Assembly (NCBI GenBank): GCA_008632985.1
Contig: QPGO01000060.1
Coordinates: 310,001-374,000 of the forward strand
Origin: Psammoneis japonica
Lineage: Eukaryota
DNA: 64,000 bases
Direction of reading: 5' to 3'
Shown: positions 1-12,179 of the stretch, piece after piece
Layout: each line of letters begins with the position of its first letter
Numbering within the stretch: position 1 is the first letter of the stretch
The notes under the pieces: generated by a model
Databases searched by the model: none
The model's input: the letters and a program-made list of their open reading frames with translations, nothing else
Told to the model about the DNA's origin: nothing
Position numbers and translations under genes: made by a program

Positions 1-3000
1 AGAAATCTAGAATCAACATGCAGAGCCTCACCGCATCCCCCGCTTCAAACTCTGGCGAAAGACACTTGCACCCAATCACGACCTGCTGAAACAAATCCAG
101 TATGGCGGGTACCGACTGTGAAGTTAATGACAGATTAGCCTTTTCACTGTGATAGTTATACAGGTCGGCATAGACGACGGTACTGTCGTCGTCTTCTTCA
201 GGATATTTCGAATTTGAAGAAATGCCGGAATAATCTTTCCGGCTGAATTCAGACGAGCGCAGAGCATCTCGTCTTTCGAGTAGAGTGTGGTGATGAATCA
301 CTGATTTGCGCACCATGGTTTCTACCCAAGACAGGTTCCTTGCAAACAACATCTGCTTTTCGATTGGTTGCTTCAACGGATCAACATCAGGATGCTTTGG
401 GGCGTTCGAGTCTATCTCATTGAATATTCCAATCGCAGTGTTGTACACGTTTGGGGCATTGTGCAACAAATGATTGAGCTGCCGGGAATGCCACCCCGTG
501 TCGGTATCCGTTCCTTGAAATGACTCGTAGAAATCAATTGTTTCGTCAAACTGCCTCACAATGTGTAAGATTTCAGCAGTGGCGTGGTGATGGGAGAACC
601 CTTGTTTTTGTTGCAACGTGGGCGAAAACAAAAACGAGGCTACATGCCCCCATGCTTGAATTGCATCTTCAAACGCAGAGCTCTCCACAAAGAACTCAGG
701 TCGAGACTGCTCAAGCCGAACTTGACGTAACGAATTGCACAGAGATTCAAGCTCGGAACTACAGCTCTGAGCAGCACCCACTATAGCATCAATCTCATTG
801 TTCGAATCTGAGCCATCCACGTCACTCCTCGATATTCTCGATTCTTCCCTTGCCGCTTCGACAAGTCGCTGTATTCTGGTTCGCCACGCCGTAATTGGCA
901 GTGCCTTGACTCTTCCATCGGGACTGACTTGCTGTGTCGTCTTGCTCTGCTCTTGTAATCGTTGAATCCATTCCGCAACTTTCTGTGGGCCAGTTTCATG
1001 TCCAGAATATGCCCATGCCGCCAAAATGGGGTGAAAGGTTTGCAGTCTCGGCACAATTGTTGTGGGTGCAACAAGCTGCGAAGCAATCAGACGCATGGCC
1101 AAGGCTTCTGCCTGCAACAGACCGTCCAACGTTCCCGTTCGGACCCAAGCTTGAATGACTGATTCGTACGTTTCAATATTGGGCGATACGTTGCTTTCAT
1201 GTGACGTTTCCATATCATCCATCCACTCTGCCATTCGACGAGCCTCGATCGTGAGACCATCATACATATGTTGTTGTTGCTGCTCGCGAAATCCTTTTGC
1301 AAAGATTACATCGTGTCGATCCCATGGAATATGCCGCGACCACGGGGGTACATCATGAATGCCACTGGCACGGCGTAAATGCGCATTGTACATGACCGTG
1401 TCGGGTTGCAACGTTTCATCCTGAAAGCGTTGGCTATATCGTTTGGCTCGTTCAATCCACCGTTTGGAATGCGCGTCATTGGAAAATAAGGTTGGAACAT
1501 CGTGAGGTTCTCCCGTTTTGCAACCATTGGTCCAGCAAGCCATAATGGAAAGGAACGTCTCGCGATTTGGTATCAACAATCCATCCTTGATCACAATCTC
1601 TTTCGTATTGGAGTCCACATCCCTTGTCAAAGAATTGTAATTCTTTCGAATAAAGTCCCGACCTATTTGACGTCCAACTCGTCCCCACAATTGAATGACT
1701 GTATTGTACGTTTCCACGTTTGGTTTGGGAAGAAGAACTTCATCCTGTTGTTGTTGGTACAAAGCACGGTTGTTGTTTCCATCCAACATTTTGGTCAACA
1801 AGACATCCGCTCGTCGAGCCACTTCCTCATCTGTTCCCGAAAAGCATTTCATGTACACATTGTACACGTCTGCCGTCAATTGACACTCTTTGTGTTCGTG
1901 CAGTAGCTTGACAATACCCTTGGCAAGTGGTTCGACACTGGCCTTCATTGCCAACGACTGTTGTTGTTGTGCATTAATATTGGCAAGTGCACCCAAGACG
2001 GAAATGGCTGCATCGACAGTGACAAGGTCTTTTTGTGGAAAAGGTTGAAATAGACTTTTGGCAAAGGTATTCTTTTTCTTTTTCGTGTCATTCTTGTTGT
2101 TGTTGATTCCCTTGGCTGTCCTATACCATGCCAAGGCACCATCGATAATGGCTTGGTGTTGTTGCTCGGAATATGGATACGACGCGTCATCACGAGACAA
2201 TGGTAAGGTGCTCCAAGACAAATCATCGTCTTGTTTAGTTGTTGCAGGATGCGTTTGAACACTTTTCGCCCAAGCCTTCAACACTCGATCCATGGCTGTC
2301 TTTTCTGTAGACATGTGCTGAAGAGTGTATTCTTCTTCTTCTTGTTCGTTGTTGTCCTCCACATTTTCCAAGTCATAGGTTGTTACACCCAATCGAGGTA
2401 TGGATCTTGGTGGTGGCGGCATGGTCTCGTCGGAACCAAACATCTCTACTTCATTGGGACCGTGTGGAGAAGACGAAATCAAGACGGGTGGTGGCTCGTC
2501 ATGGATATTGTCGTCTGTTTCCAATTCTACATCACTCTCCATTTCCTCATCACTACTACTCTCATCTGCTCCTTCTTCTTCTCCTTGCGTCGTCGCAGCA
2601 GCAGGCTCCACTTCTAGTATGATTGGTTCTTCTAGACACAATCGTGGTGTTGCAATTCCCGTTTCTTCAAAATAAATACAATCAAGGGCACGTGCCGATG
2701 CGGCAGAAATGGCATGTTTGACCTTTTGGTAATGAACGATCGATCCGATATGCATGCGTGGTTCGACTCCTGGCAATGTCCCCGCCGGAAAGGTACGACC
2801 CGAAACGGGACATGTAAATGTCACGGTCCACCATGAGCGATTCGATAATCGACTCAAGGTACGCGTATAGCAGGCGTCTGCATCCAAGATACAATCGGGG
2901 TGGTTTGTTTTGTAATATAAATTGAGCTTGTAATTGGGATGTTCCGAGCTAGAGACCCATAGTGGGGTTGTTGATGATGATTCTTCTGCAGGAGTAGTTT

Positions 3001-3205
3001 CAGTGTTTGTAGTTGATACTTCGGTTGATACTTTGTCGTCTTGCTCTTGTGGTTGAACTTGACTGTGTATCAACTGAAATTGTGCAGCAAACTGACGTGG
3101 TACTCGGTTTCCTGTTACTGTGAACGTTGTAGCACGACGACGAAGCACACAAGATGATGCAAGCAATCGACGACCACCACGCCGCAGTAGGGCTATTGAT
3201 GCCAT
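1..3205 (-). CDS. Large organelle-targeted PPR-like protein with an N-terminal dsRBD-like module; 3' end runs off the window
   Basis: Manually traced stop-free minus-strand frame from ATG at 3205 to position 1 (>1060 aa); absent from the ORF track because no stop is in the window. N-terminus MASIALLRRGGRRLLASS resembles a mitochondrial presequence. PPR-like motifs: ADVYNVYMKCF, PNVETYNTVIQLW, PDTVMYNAHL, PNIETYESVIQAW. Segment WWTVTFTCPVSGRTF...KHAISAASARALDC is dsRBD-like. Confidence 0.75.
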   Translation of the reverse strand, partial: MASIALLRRGGRRLLASSCVLRRRATTFTVTGNRVPRQFAAQFQLIHSQVQPQEQDDKVSTEVSTTNTETTPAEESSSTTPLWVSSSEHPNYKLNLYYKTNHPDCILDADACYTRTLSRLSNRSWWTVTFTCPVSGRTFPAGTLPGVEPRMHIGSIVHYQKVKHAISAASARALDCIYFEETGIATPRLCLEEPIILEVEPAAATTQGEEEGADESSSDEEMESDVELETDDNIHDEPPPVLISSSPHGPNEVEMFGSDETMPPPPRSIPRLGVTTYDLENVEDNNEQEEEEYTLQHMSTEKTAMDRVLKAWAKSVQTHPATTKQDDDLSWSTLPLSRDDASYPYSEQQHQAIIDGALAWYRTAKGINNNKNDTKKKKNTFAKSLFQPFPQKDLVTVDAAISVLGALANINAQQQQSLAMKASVEPLAKGIVKLLHEHKECQLTADVYNVYMKCFSGTDEEVARRADVLLTKMLDGNNNRALYQQQQDEVLLPKPNVETYNTVIQLWGRVGRQIGRDFIRKNYNSLTRDVDSNTKEIVIKDGLLIPNRETFLSIMACWTNGCKTGEPHDVPTLFSNDAHSKRWIERAKRYSQRFQDETLQPDTVMYNAHLRRASGIHDVPPWSRHIPWDRHDVIFAKGFREQQQQHMYDGLTIEARRMAEWMDDMETSHESNVSPNIETYESVIQAWVRTGTLDGLLQAEALAMRLIASQLVAPTTIVPRLQTFHPILAAWAYSGHETGPQKVAEWIQRLQEQSKTTQQVSPDGRVKALPITAWRTRIQRLVEAAREESRISRSDVDGSDSNNEIDAIVGAAQSCSSELESLCNSLRQVRLEQSRPEFFVESSAFEDAIQAWGHVASFLFSPTLQQKQGFSHHHATAEILHIVRQFDETIDFYESFQGTDTDTGWHSRQLNHLLHNAPNVYNTAIGIFNEIDSNAPKHPDVDPLKQPIEKQMLFARNLSWVETMVRKSVIHHHTLLERRDALRSSEFSRKDYSGISSNSKYPEEDDDSTVVYADLYNYHSEKANLSLTSQSVPAILDLFQQVVIGCKCLSPEFEAGDAVRLCMLILDF

Positions 3206-3921
3206 TATTTTTTTCTTTTGTAGTTTCAACAAGACATGGGATATTTGTATATAATCAACCAAAGGCTATAACGAGACAGGTAAAGGGTAGTGATAATGTG
3301 AACAACAAGGCAAAGCAAAAATAATTTTGTGGGAAGGAAGTCGCGGTCCAAAGTGGGAATTTGCAAAAGAGGATGAACGGCGTGAAGGGCAGGAAGAATC
3401 TGGTCAAACAAAGATGCCGAATTCCTCTCTGCGGACGCGACGGAGCATGACATTATCAGCTTTCGGTGGTTGCACTTGAAAGTAACCGCCGAAAAGGCCT
3501 GGGGCAATAGATGACTATCAGTTGTTGGGGAAATATATTTATATAACATTTAATATATTTTATACTCGTTTAAAAATGTCTCTCCCGTTTCCCTTTTAAA
3601 AATCTCAGATTCATAAATTTTTTAATTTACGATGAAATGGAATGATACGGAAAAAATTCAAAATGACTCCGTACATACCGCTCCACGGTAGCCGTAGCTT
3701 TTATACCACATCCTACCTGCTGTTTTGGGTGTCGCACTTGTACGCCAATTGTTCGCGTTTGCCCATGACCTCAAAACGCGTTGTAGAGTCTCCATTCAAG
3801 TGTAGCACTCCGGCTATTGTTACCAGCATCACACAAACGCATAGCTACAAGACTCCTTTGCTCATGATCCCATAGAAAAATTCAAGGATCGATATAATAT
3901 TTGTGATTTCACACAACGAAA

Positions 3922-6900
3922 ATGGCGACGAGTTCATCATCACCCCTCCATCATGCAAGGCTTGTGCATTCCGTCACGTGGCTCGGACAACATGTTCCCA
4001 CTTGTGTTTTGGTTCGACTTGGGAATGAAATTCAACAAGTTGAAGATGAAGATGAACACAGTATTGTTCATCAAGATGATACCGGTGATGATCATTTGAG
4101 TGATTTATCCGATGAATTTGAAAATGAATTTTTGTCACAATCCGAACGTGTGCGACTGCAATCTCTCAAGGAAGAAGAACAAGATGATTCGGATCATGAC
4201 GATGATGTTATTTTGAACGATTCCAAAACGAGTCGACATTCTTCTGTATACAAGGCAATCATGACAGAGAAACAACAACCTTTGGAGGACAGTGGTGGTA
4301 CGTGGTCCTCTCTAGAAAAAGATATTCCCATGAAGCGACGTCAGCTGGTGGATCAAGTCATTGCGTCTTCCAAACAACAACAACAAGAATCAGTGACGTC
4401 TTCTCCAAACGATTATCCACCAAACTCGAACACAACAAGCTACCCTATGCTTGCAAACACGAATGTGCATTGCTCTATGTCGATATATCGGGCTTTACTA
4501 AACTTTCCAATTGCTTGACCCAGAAAGTCTTTCGGAAGTAAGTATAATGTGTTTTTCGATTTATATGTTTGATAAGGTCATTCTCACCTAAAACTCCGTT
4601 CTCTCGTTAGGCAATTAATTCTTATTTTCACTTGATTGTCGATGACGTGACAGCCATGGGTGGGGATATTTTAAAGTTTGCGGGCGATGCGCTCTTTGCC
4701 GAATGGAGAGCCGTCTCCTCGGCGGCCGACGAAAAAGAGGACTTGCAGCAGCCAGATGATGGCATTCCTCATTCGGCGGATCCCATTGTACGAATGACAT
4801 TGGAAGATTGTGTCGTGGCGGCTGCCACGTGTGGTGCCTTGATTGTATCGAAATATTCCAATTTTCCAGTCTCGACAGAATCCTCGTTGTCCAACCGAAA
4901 CGCGGCAACGTTAAATGTGCATTGTGGACTCGGGGCGGGCAAGGTGGTGGGAGTGCATGTGGGGGACCATGAACACCGAAGAGAATATCTTGTATTGGGA
5001 GAACCCATTAAGCAATCGACAGAAGCCGCCAACAAGGCGGCGTTGGGGGAATTTGTTGCATCTCCACAAGCTCTGGCGGTCATGTCGAAAAAGTGTACGT
5101 TGGACCCACAAATCTCGGTGAATACCAAAGAGGCTGTCATGATTGCCAAAAAATCATGCGCACTCTTTACCGTCAATCAATACTTTCAACAACGACGTTG
5201 TTCGGTCAATTATATTTGGGAAGATTGGGACAGTGCCACGTTACAACGGTATCGAAAACTCATTTCGCTCTATGTCCATCCCGTTGTGACGAACAATGAT
5301 CAAGATGCATTCAAGACGCATCATCAACATCAACGACGACGACGTAACAGCATGCAACAACGATCCATTCAAGATGAAGCGGAACTTCGATGTGTCTATG
5401 TCATGTTTATTCAAATGCATCGTCTCAAGGTGAATGTTACGGGTAACATCAAGGAGGATCAAAAGTTGTTTCGGCTGTTGAATGATATTATGGAGCTTAC
5501 GACACGGGAATTGAATCGATTTTGTGGTCATTTGCGACAATTTATTGTGGATGATAAGGGTAAGAAGGGATACACTATTGGCCGGAACAATGTTATGATA
5601 GGACCAATTCAGTCCGTCTTACAAATTTCATGTTGCGTCGCTTTACTTTTGCAGGATTGGTTCTCATCGCGACGTTCGGTTTGAGGGGCTCGACGTTTCC
5701 AAACATGTAAGTGTTCACTGTTTCATCGATGCTCTCTATGTGTATTTCAAACTCTCATCGCAACTGACTCTGCGCAATGACTCTGTTCAAAAAGGGTGAC
5801 GGAACGAGCTTTGCCGGCAACAACCACAATTCATAATGCGCTACAATCTGAGCTTGGCGTTCACAATCGTATAGGAGCAACACTGGGGGATGCTTATTGC
5901 GGGTTAATTGGGGGCGAGAAACGACACGAGTTTGCCATCTTGGGACCGTCGGTGAATCTGGCTGCCCGACTCATGACAAACAAATCCAATCCGGGTATTT
6001 TGGTGGACGACGCGATTCGAATGAAAGCCGGCAAGTCGTTTGGATTTAATGCGCTTGATCCAGTGATTGCCAAGGGCTTTGCGGCGCCTGTTCCGATTTT
6101 TGTGCCGCTCAGCTCTCTGGAACGGGGATGGGGAAAAATTAAAACGAGCTTTGTTGGTCGCAAAGCGGAGATTAAAAAGCTTGCGGGAATTGCTCGAGAA
6201 ATGTCGTCGTCGAGGAACGCCCTGGCAAAAATGGTGCTGGTTACTGCGAAACCGGGCACGGGGAAAACCAGTATGGTCATTCATGCGATTGATTACATTC
6301 GTAGGGTGACGTCTCGAAAGCGACAGCGGGTGCTGATTGCAAAGCACGTATGCAGGGAAAGCGATCGAATGGTGCCTTTTAGGTATGGGAAGACCTCTTC
6401 TGTTGGGTGTCGTTGTTGCTGTGGCATATCTCATATTTTCTGTATCCTTTTTCAGTATGTTGCGTTCTATCCTACCCGAGATATTGGATGGAGTGCAGGG
6501 TTGGGAAGACGAAATGTCCGTTGCATCAACTTCAAAAACGTCGGTTATTTCGGGTATGACGTGGTCCACCGGTAATGATTCAGAAGCTGACATTCAATGG
6601 GAAAATGTTTCGGTCGGATCAGCAGCATCCCTCGGACAGGCTAGTCGCGCTTCACCGGATCGATTGCTTCGGCTCTTTCGCGAGATGGAGGCGCCGCCGG
6701 AATTTGTGGAACTTGTCGCGCATCACTTGTTTGGAATCGAAATGCCAGGTATACAAGAAATGTCCGAGAGAAAGGCACCTTCACTCCAACGAACAGTGAA
6801 TTTCATGGTTCAGGCCTTTCAACGGTGCACTCAGCGAGCCAATCTGGTTATTATTGCACTTGATGATGTTCACAATATGGATGAAATGTCGTGGAAAGTG

Positions 6901-9309
6901 CTCCACAGGCTGTTTGTAACGACGAGTAATCTCTTGATGATTTGCACGTCCAAACCGTTGACTTCGTACGGGCTTGCCATTGATGATGTTTTCTGGAATG
7001 ATTTAAACGAAACTTACAAGAGACAGAAGCGCTTCATTTCCATGAATTTGTCGACGCTGCGTGAAAGTGATATCCGGAGATTTCTAGCAAGGGAGCTTGG
7101 AGTAAAAGAGGAAGAGATAAGTGAACGCTTCTACCATTACGTCTTTACTCAAACTGGTGGGCAGCCTCAGTTTGCACAAGACATATTGCAGGATCTAAAG
7201 AGGCGAAGAATTGTTGGTATGGGTGAAGACCGCATGTTTGGTTGGAAGAACGACAGCTTTAGCAAGGATGACGTAAGAAGGCCGCTACTCTTGATATTTC
7301 TCGCGCTTTTTGAAAACCTTCTTGTTTCGCTCACTTTTGTTATGTATCTTTTTTTTGTTTGAAGTTGGTTGCTGCTTCCATTGGCGAACTGATTGTTCAT
7401 CGTGTCGACTCTTTTGACCAAGTGATTCGTAATGTATTAAACTTGGGCGCAGTCCTTGGAGATTCTTTTGAGCTTCTGGAACTCATTACGGTACTGCAGC
7501 AGATGGACACTCCTACTAGCTCTCAAGAGATTCCTCACGTAGAAGATGTTTGCGCTTCGTTAGACGTTCTGGTTGGTGAGGGCATATTGCGTCAAATCTT
7601 TGAAGGTGGCGAGGAGTCGTATTCATCAGAAGAAGAGGTTTCGAAAGTACCACCATCAATTCTCAACACCTCAGAGACACGTCGCGTCAATGGCACGAAA
7701 GGTCCATTTTTCATTGAGCAAGGCGACAACAGATTGTATACGTTTTGCCATGATTTGTGGAGATCGTCTATTCTACAGCTCATGCTTGATGCGCGTAAGA
7801 AGGAGATACACGAAACCATCGCTATTACACTCGAAGCGCACAGAGTTGATGACTACGAGTCGCGGGTCAAGTTGATGAACCACTGGAAGGCTTCCGGGAA
7901 CTTTTCAAAGACCGCTGCAGTTTCCTTAGTTCTGGGAAAGAGTTTCGAGGAACTAGGCATATACCATCAATGCATACAGCTTTACGAAGACACGTTGAAC
8001 ATGTGGAACGACGAAAAAGAATCGGACGAGATGATAGGTGGTGCGTGCAGTGGCGAATTCTTTTCTGGGCTCATTTTCTTTACTCACTTTCTCAATTTGT
8101 TTTACATGCTCCACTCGATAGGCTTGAATGTTGAGTCTATCGACTCTATGAGTGTTTTGGACCTAGAATATTCTATCAGACTTTACACTGCTATGGCGCG
8201 CTGTCTTGCAAGTATACATCGAGTTGCTGACAGCATGGTTGCATTCAAAAGCGCTCTAGATGTATGTGATTATCAAAGACGGCCGTACGACTAACTCGTC
8301 TCCTTTCATTCGTTCCCTCATTGTGCTTTGCGCTGTCGTTTCATTGCAGATTTTTCACGCAGCTCCGGCTAATGACGCCCTCAACGACCGATCCGTCGTG
8401 TTTCCAATCTACAGTGGTATCTGCCTCGGTCTCAAGAAGTGCAGGAGAAACGAGGAACACGAAACTGCGTACGAGGAGGAGTTGGTTGGTCAGTTTGTCG
8501 AGGAAACACGGTCGCATGGTGACAAAATACACTACGCGCGTGCCGTGGCTATGAAAGCCGACATGTACGGTCGACAGATGGATTTTAAGAGCGCTTTCGA
8601 AGCATTTGATGAACTGAAGGAGGTATACAATGTGGATCAGCACTCTCGGGCTATTTGTGAGGCATACGGAAGTGATCGATGTGCGCAATGTTTCAGTGCT
8701 TGTGCGTTGTGGCATTTACAGCAGAACAACGTAGCAGAGGCAGTTCGAAGTTGTCGATATGTGATTGATGAGCTGATGCCGAAGATGCCTCCACGAAACG
8801 TGCACAATTCATGCGTTATGCTGTATCCAATAGTCTGGGTATTCAAAGAGAACGATCTTGCGTCGGAAGCGCGAGACGTGTTTGTCAAGCACGTGATTGA
8901 GCCTTTCAACAACTATTACGGTGAAGGAGCCTTCACGTTTTACCTCCCAGTTTATGAACCAGTACTGATGCTATTGAACCTTATCGAAAGACAAGATGCT
9001 GAACTGCCGAAAATCAAGGATTATCTTGAGTTCGCAAGCAACGAAGATAACCTCAGGTTTGGCAATGTTATCAATAACTCCACTGGGATCCTTGGGAGGT
9101 CTTGTGATTCTATTGCGGCTGAAATCTGCTTGCTGTTGGCGAAACGCTTTGAAAAAGGCGAGGAAAAAGAAATGTTGTTACGCAACGGCATTTCAGTTGC
9201 CGCAGAAAGCGTCGAGTCCACGGATGCAACGACAATGGCTGTATCGCTCCGGCAAACGAAGCGCGTTCTCCGGGAGCTTGAGTCGATGAGAAACAAAGTT
9301 GAAACGTAA
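3922..9309 (+). CDS. Soluble-type (ADCY10/sAC-like) class III adenylate/guanylate cyclase with two catalytic domains, a P-loop NTPase and a helical C-terminus; about 8 exons
   Basis: Motifs ALLYVDISGFTKLS, GGDILKFAGDAL, LNVHCGLGAG, GHLRQFIVDDKG, RHEFAILGPSVNLAARLM, Walker A AKPGTGKT and Walker B IALDDVH. GT-AG introns, e.g. 4538-4610 and 5560-5654. Exon 1 needs two single-base frameshift corrections (~4400-4515). Confidence 0.88.
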
Positions 9310-9412
9310 TAAAAGATTATAGATCGATCATAGAGCTTCTAGTCTGCTTTGCTTTAATCTTGGAATGAGGACGCACTGGTGCGCGTCACATGTGCGTCGT
9401 CTTCCTGACCTG

Positions 9413-11893
9413 TTATCTGCGCGTACTCTTTTTCGATTTTCGCGTCCATTCAGGAGGCAGCGAACCGAAGATGGGCTTTCCTTTTGAAAAGTCTGCAGCC
9501 AATTCGGGTCCAAACAGGTTATCCCAAAGGCTCTGAGATCCATTCTCTCTTAAAACTCCAAGAACGAAATTGTTTACCTCTCCGTAGTCACAGCACATTT
9601 GAAACATATCCGAGACATCATTGTCTCTTTCCATTCCAGGCTGCTGAAACCGAAAGAAGCATTGAATCATTCTTCCAAAGGTCCCTGCGTCGGGGGTTGC
9701 ATAAGGGGAATCACATAGCTGCAAAAACACATTTTGGCAAATCTGCAGCGCCTCCTTCTTCTCTTCGTCTCCCAACACATAGGAACACGCAATCAAGACT
9801 GCATTGTAACAATGAACACTCGGTTTACATGACGCGGACACATCCACACCTTGCGTAAGTAGGGATTGTTCATGTCGAAACATGCTCAATTGTCGTTCCA
9901 AAATCTCAAGAGCGCGATGCACTCGAGTAATATCCCGAGTGCCGCCGTTTCTTGCCCATGCAGTCATGGCGGCATGATAACTCCTCGAGTCGGGTGCCAC
10001 AACAATGGCGGATCCGCTCGTGACGGAATCTTGAAACAAACTTTCCATTCGAAACAGGATTTGTTGTACGGCTTGCGGTGCATCCGGCAAGCTGCTCTTG
10101 GCAACCATGCGCATGACGATGTTGTACCAAAACAAGACATGACCGCCGTCGACTGCGGATTTCAAGTCTTGAGGCGATGCGTCTGGAAAGGACTGTTCCA
10201 AACGCTTCAAAACAAGCTGAGCCTGTTTGGCCGCAACATTCCAATCTCCATCGTGCTTCGACCATGCCTTGATGACGTTTCCATAACAGTACAAGTTGGG
10301 TCGTCTCGGTATTTTCTCTCGTTCATACAAGTCTTCCATTCGATCAAGCAAAGCCATGGCAACATCAGCGGGGTAGACTCCCTTGTTGTCTCTTTTATGC
10401 ACGGGAGACTTGGCAAGCGCATTCAACACGGCACTGTAACACAAGGCATCGGGTGCGGCAGCGGTTCGTATTATCTCGGATTCAGAATCGTCACTGTCGT
10501 CATCAGAATCATAGTCGTCATCATTTTCAATTGTCGAATGTTGTGCTTCCTTGCTGTTTCCATGTTGTTGTTGTTTTTGTTGTTCCTGCTCTAGTTGTAT
10601 CCACTCTTGTTCCATGGCGTTCAATACCTGCAATGCTTGATTGGCGGGATGCGTCTTGGTGTTCACCGTCCAGAGCGCTGCATGGGCTTGCCTGGCATGG
10701 GCACTCATGACCAAATAGTACGGCAGTGTATGGTTCAAAATGGGCCATGCTTCTCTCAAAAAGGCGTGTGCTCGTTTGGCTCCCGCAGGGGTTGGAACGT
10801 GCGACCACGCCTTGATTAATTCCGTATAATGAAATCGTCGAGCCACATGCTTGCCATGCTTGTTTTGCATGTGTCGAACGACCTTTATGGATTCACGTGC
10901 TGCATCTTGTGCCAATGATACGTTCTTCTCGTTGCTGGCAGCCTTTGAGGTTCGCGACAGTGCCCTGAGAATGGCCTTGTAGCTCTTTCGGGTGTTTTTA
11001 TCAAAGTTGCCCGAGTCGATCGATTCCAAAAGCTTAAACGCATGCATGGATTCGGAATAGTACAATTGAGCTGAAGAAGAGGATGAAATATGGGGTGCAC
11101 AGCACAATTCAATCACTTGATGCACCAGCGCCGCATTGTTTGGATTCGTTTTTGCTTGACTCCTCTGCAACAGCACTTCGAGAACCTTGCGAGATTGTTC
11201 GGATGCTACTCTAGAATTTCTGCTCTTGAGTCGGAACCAAGCGTGCAAGACACGCTCATGTGCTATCCAAGGAACCATTTCAGGAGAATAGTTGTGCCAT
11301 TGCATCAGTAGCTCATGAGCTTTTTCGGCGTGTTCCTTGGAATGGGCATTGGAATGATTCTTGGCACATTGAACCCAAGCTGAAAGGGCTGTCAGGTGAA
11401 GTTTTGATAGAAACTCGGAAGGAGGCGTCTCTTGTTGTTGATTTTGTTGCAATGCATGGTCAAGCATTTCCTGAGCATCCTCTGCGTAGCCAAGTAGCTC
11501 GGTCAACGGAATGGAAAGCATTGGAGGAGGAAGAGGTGCAGCAACAGCGGTTGTCGTTACCGAGGTCTCTTTTGACACTGTTTCTCTGACAGAGACACCC
11601 TGATGGCAATTTTCGTTTATTCTAAACAGATGGGCAGTATCATATGTTTTATCCTCTTGATACGAATCAACAGCTCTTTCCTCGATTCGATTGTACTGTG
11701 CATGCCTCTCATCAGAAATTTCAGAACTCAGTCCGAACCGTGTGCCATTCTTTGTCGTTAATTCCGTCAAGAAGACTGGCGATGCTTCACAGGAGGATTT
11801 GAATCTCTTTAATCGAAAGTCTCCACCACGAGGACACTGATGAACGACACGTCGAAACGATCGAGAAAGCATTGTCGTCGCCGCCATTGGCAT
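9413..11893 (-). CDS. Pentatricopeptide repeat (PPR) protein, 826 aa, probably mitochondrial
   Basis: Diatom-type PPR repeats PDALCYSAVLNALAKS, PNLYCYGNVIKAWSK, PDSRSYHAAMTAWAR, PSVHCYNAVLIAC, PDAGTFGRMIQC; typical C-terminal LPPEWTR; R/S-rich presequence. Confidence 0.88.
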   Translation of the reverse strand: MPMAATTMLSRSFRRVVHQCPRGGDFRLKRFKSSCEASPVFLTELTTKNGTRFGLSSEISDERHAQYNRIEERAVDSYQEDKTYDTAHLFRINENCHQGVSVRETVSKETSVTTTAVAAPLPPPMLSIPLTELLGYAEDAQEMLDHALQQNQQQETPPSEFLSKLHLTALSAWVQCAKNHSNAHSKEHAEKAHELLMQWHNYSPEMVPWIAHERVLHAWFRLKSRNSRVASEQSRKVLEVLLQRSQAKTNPNNAALVHQVIELCCAPHISSSSSAQLYYSESMHAFKLLESIDSGNFDKNTRKSYKAILRALSRTSKAASNEKNVSLAQDAARESIKVVRHMQNKHGKHVARRFHYTELIKAWSHVPTPAGAKRAHAFLREAWPILNHTLPYYLVMSAHARQAHAALWTVNTKTHPANQALQVLNAMEQEWIQLEQEQQKQQQHGNSKEAQHSTIENDDDYDSDDDSDDSESEIIRTAAAPDALCYSAVLNALAKSPVHKRDNKGVYPADVAMALLDRMEDLYEREKIPRRPNLYCYGNVIKAWSKHDGDWNVAAKQAQLVLKRLEQSFPDASPQDLKSAVDGGHVLFWYNIVMRMVAKSSLPDAPQAVQQILFRMESLFQDSVTSGSAIVVAPDSRSYHAAMTAWARNGGTRDITRVHRALEILERQLSMFRHEQSLLTQGVDVSASCKPSVHCYNAVLIACSYVLGDEEKKEALQICQNVFLQLCDSPYATPDAGTFGRMIQCFFRFQQPGMERDNDVSDMFQMCCDYGEVNNFVLGVLRENGSQSLWDNLFGPELAADFSKGKPIFGSLPPEWTRKSKKSTRR

Positions 11894-12179
11894 GTTTTGT
11901 TGAATTTTGTTTTTTCGGCTGGCGGGAAGAGTGCGTCTGTCATTTGTACGCTCTTGATGTGTGTGGGCACGCTACGCGCGCGGGACGTGGCGGTATGACG
12001 TCACTATTTATGGCTTTTAGGCAAGCGGTCTTTTCTTCTCAGACCTATCTCGCTCGCTCGCTCGCTCGCTCTAGTCCGTCCGTTCATCCATCCGTCCAAC
12101 GCGCTTTTCGTTCTCCAAAAACCTGGCAACCGGCGTCGCAACCCAAACCACAACGGAACAACATCGCAGCAGTTGTCCT

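Noticed and set aside
12048..12100. (GCTC)n/(TCCG)n microsatellite at the left edge of a hypermutated domain as a boundary element
   Set aside because: Short, and no equivalent is seen at the other domain edges.
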